Positions 61,051 to 64,000 of a stretch of 64,000 nucleotides of DNA are shown here, one piece after another. The notes under the pieces are model-generated. The model was not told where the DNA came from. It saw only the letters and a program-made list of their open reading frames with translations, and made no database searches. The stretch is from positions 1,398,244 to 1,462,243 of the forward strand of contig MU058252.1 of assembly GCA_013265495.1 (NCBI GenBank). Direction: 5' to 3'. The translations under genes and the position numbers were made by a program. This stretch comes from Vicugna vicugna. Taxonomy: Eukaryota. Numbering within the stretch: the first letter of the stretch is position 1; every line of letters begins with the position of its first letter.

Positions 61051-62074
61051 GTGTTCTTCTTTCTTAAGATTGCTTTAGCTATAGGGGTCTTCTGTGGTTC
61101 CACACAACTTTTCGGATTGTTCTATTTCTGTGAAAAGTGCCCTTGCAGTTTAATGGGGATTGCACTGGAGCTGCAGATTGTTTCGTATAGTGCTTTGTCA
61201 GTGTATAGGGCTTTCACCTCCTGGGTTAAATTTACGCTTAGATATTTTATTCTTTTTGATGCAACTGTAAGTAGGATTGTTTTCGTACTTTCCCTTTCTG
61301 ATAGTTTGTTGTTAGTGTATAGAAACAGCAGATTTTTATATATTGATTTTGCATCCTGCAACTTTACTGAATTTGTTATTAGCTCTAACAGTTTTTTTGT
61401 GTGTGTGGAGTCTCTAGGGTTTTCTATATATAATATCAAGTCATCTGCAACTAGTGACAGTTTTACTTCTTCCTTTCTGATTTGCATTGCTTTTAATTTT
61501 TCTTGAACATCTGCTCTGGCTAGGACTTCTAGCACTATGTTGAATAAAACTGCCAAGAATTGGCATCCTTTCTTGTTCCTGATCTTAAAGGAAAAGCTGA
61601 AAGCTTTTCACCGTTGAGTTGGATATTAGCTGGGGGCTTGTCATACATGGTCTTTATTACATTGAGGTATGGTCTCTCTATCTACTTGTTGAGAGCTTCT
61701 ATTATGAACTGGATATTGAATTTTGTCAAATGTTTTTTATCATTTATTGAGATGACTGAGTGATTTTTATCCTTCCTTTTATTAATGTGGTGTATCATAT
61801 TGATTGATTGGAGGGTGTTGAACCATCCTTGCATGCCTGGAATAAACCCTATTGAATCGTGGTGTATGACCCTTGCAATGCACTGTTGGATTCAGTCTGC
61901 TGATATTTTCTTGAGGCTTTTCACCTCTGTTCGTCGGGGATATTGGCTTGTAATTTTCTTTTCTTGTGTATCCAGGGGAAAGCTGGCCTCATAAAGTAAC
62001 TCTGGAAGTGTTCCCTCCTCTTCTGTTTCTTGGAAGGATTGTTATTAATTCTTCAAATGTTTGGTAGAACCGTT

Positions 62075-63610
62075 TGGTTATTTTTTAAAATGATTTCTAT
62101 TTCCTTATTGATATTCTTCATTTGATTAGACAGTGTGATCATACCTTGCTTAATCCTTTAATCCTTTTTTATTTTTTGGTTCTTTGAACATTTATAATAG
62201 TTAATTTCATTTTTGCCTGCTAAGTCCAACATTTGGCCCCTCTCGTAGGCAGTTTCTGTTGCCTGATTTTTTTTATGTGTATGAGTCACACTTTTCTGTT
62301 TCTTTACATAATTGGTAATTTTTTGTTAAAAATTAATCATTTTAGGTAGTAGATTTTAGTAAGTGCAGTGCTAATTCCCCCTCTTCCTCCCCTCAAGGCC
62401 TGGGGTTTGTTGTTGTTGTTGTTGTCTTTGCGCTTATGTTCTCAGTGACTTGTCTGGGCTATTTTACTAAAATCTGTTTTCCTTCACTATGTGCACCATC
62501 TGAAGTTGCTCATCAGAGGACACAGACTCAGGTGTACATAGCCACCTCTCTTTTTCTGATGTCTGTTAAGCTGTCTGCTACTTTTGATATCACACCCCAC
62601 TGTTGCTGGCTGATTGTCCTACTGTTTTTAGTAATGCCCTGGGGCATACAATTTGCTACATTCTGACTCAGCTAAACTCAGACCCCTCTGCAGGAGCACT
62701 CTTTGAGGCTTGTTTTGGGGTTTCGCTCTTTTCCCAGTAGGCTCTTTTTGGCTGTCTCATTCTTTGGTTCTTTCTGGTAAACTTGTAGCTGGTTTATAAT
62801 TTACTTGTTGCTCTACTGAATTTACCAGCCTCCTCTTAAGTGCTTACTACTAAAATCTCCTTTATATGGGGGTGCACCCTTAGGCTAGAACTTTCTCAAA
62901 TTCTGTTCCAAATAAAGTCAGTTCCCTTTGGGGCTCTCTAGCTTACAGCCTGCCTCTGTCCCACTGCTCTGCAGCTTTTCTCAGAGTGGCAGTGCTAGCT
63001 TCTCCTGGAGCAACACCCCTGCTTCTTCAGCAGGACGCTGGGGGGGGGGCCAATAGCCCTTGATCTTCTTGGCTCTTCTCTTCTGGCATAAATCACCTGC
63101 ACTTTAAGTGAGCTGGGGTGAAGGCTGTTGGAGCCCCAGTGTTCTTGGCCTGTTGTGCCTGGGGGCTGAGCTTCCACCATATGAGTGGGTACTGGGTGGG
63201 GAAGAAAGACCCAGATCTCTCAGCCACTTGTGCCAGGAATCAAGCTTCTTCAACAGGCATCTGGGGGAAAATAAGAAATGCTGGTGGCTTGTCCTTCATG
63301 GGAAGATACTGTAGCCTACAACTGGAAGCTGGAGAGAATAAGCCTTATGTTCTTGTCTGGGTTTGCCCAGGGCAGAGCTCCATCGTCCTGAGATGGGCCA
63401 GGGAGAAGGGGAAAGGAAGTAGGTCATGGCTCAAGTGCTACAGACTCTCCCTGTTCTCTTGGAAAGATTTAGATTTTCTTGAATCAATGTTTCCTCATTT
63501 GTTGTAGGCCCTTAGTGCATTTCCAGAGTAAAAGTAATTTTTACCAGTTATGGTGGTTTCACAGGAGAGGGTTTACAGAGCTCCTCAGGCCACTATTCCA
63601 GAAATCATCT
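62075..63610 (-). mobile_element. Old L1M 5' region (ORF1 start / 5'UTR) remnant
   Basis: TTTCTATTTCCTTATTGATATTC..CTGCTAAGTCCAACATTTGG..GGCTCAAGTGCTACAGACTCTC..GAGCTCCTCAGGCCACTATTCCAGAA resembles an old L1M 5' end. Confidence 0.6.
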
Positions 63611-64000
63611 CAATGGATTAGAATTACTTTTAAATTTTATGTGCTATTTGGGATGTAACTGTATCTTAAGATTTGGAAGGGACCTCTAATGTCAGTAAGA
63701 TCAACCTTTCAATTAATGAAGACATACCTAAACATCCTTGATTCACAGTCCTTTAATCTTTGCTTGGTGACAATTTATGACTTCCTATACAGGTTTGATG
63801 CTAGACAGCTTAAGTTAATATAAGGTCATTTTGACCTGAAATATGCCAGCAACTGGTAACTGTTTTGAAAGCAAATAAATTGTATAATCCATCTTGTTTT
63901 AAACAATCCCTCAATTATTCAAGACCAGGCATCAAATCTCCCTTTACTCTTTTCTTTTGAAAATTAATTAACCAAAATTTCTTTAAATGGAGAAATTTCT

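Larger units (their letters stand above)
59228..62070 (-). mobile_element. LINE-1 (L1MA9/laurasiatherian type) 3' half including reverse-transcriptase region
   Basis: ORF 61122..61556(-) reads LFNIVLEVLARA..KLSLVADDLILYIENP (L1 RT, FADD region). ORF 60273..60515(-) reads [13 protein letters not shown]. 3'UTR and T-tail at left. Multiple frameshifts and deletions. Confidence 0.93.

Noticed and set aside
61122..61556. Reverse-transcriptase-like ORF (possible retron/DGR/novel RT system)
   Set aside because: A decayed mammalian L1 RT fragment with internal deletions, embedded in contiguous L1 sequence.

Overview
Mammalian non-coding genomic DNA (intergenic or deep intronic), most likely a camelid (alpaca/camel lineage). 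The lineage call rests on seven copies of a ~120-150 bp tRNA-derived SINE (GGGGAGGGTATAGCTCAGTGGTAGAG..GCTTAGCATGCACGAGGTCCTGGGTTCAATCCC) and on artiodactyl-type L1 3' ends. I recognise no protein-coding gene, structural RNA gene, CRISPR array or prokaryotic feature. The only ORF-track peptides I recognise are decayed LINE-1 ORF2 pieces. A large part of the window is interspersed repeat: L1 of several ages (some nested three deep), L2, MIR, solo LTRs (MER41-like, MER31-like, another ERV1-type LTR, MLT1, LTR33) and hAT DNA-transposon fossils. Between the repeats lie several repeat-free blocks rich in homeodomain motifs, which look like enhancers, and one CpG-rich promoter-like block at ~55.6-56.2 kb with nearby splice signals. 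The most notable observations are: (1) a TSD-bounded L1 insertion that appears to carry a 3' transduction (30.6 kb); (2) a MER41-like solo LTR retaining a STAT/GAS motif (19 kb); (3) a ~100 bp local templated duplication inside an L2 (31.3/32.1 kb); (4) a 43-nt candidate exon with strong splice sites (57.4 kb, minus strand). Repeat family names come from my recognition of consensus-like sequence, not from a database search. Boundaries of old repeats are approximate. I found no convincing new biological system.
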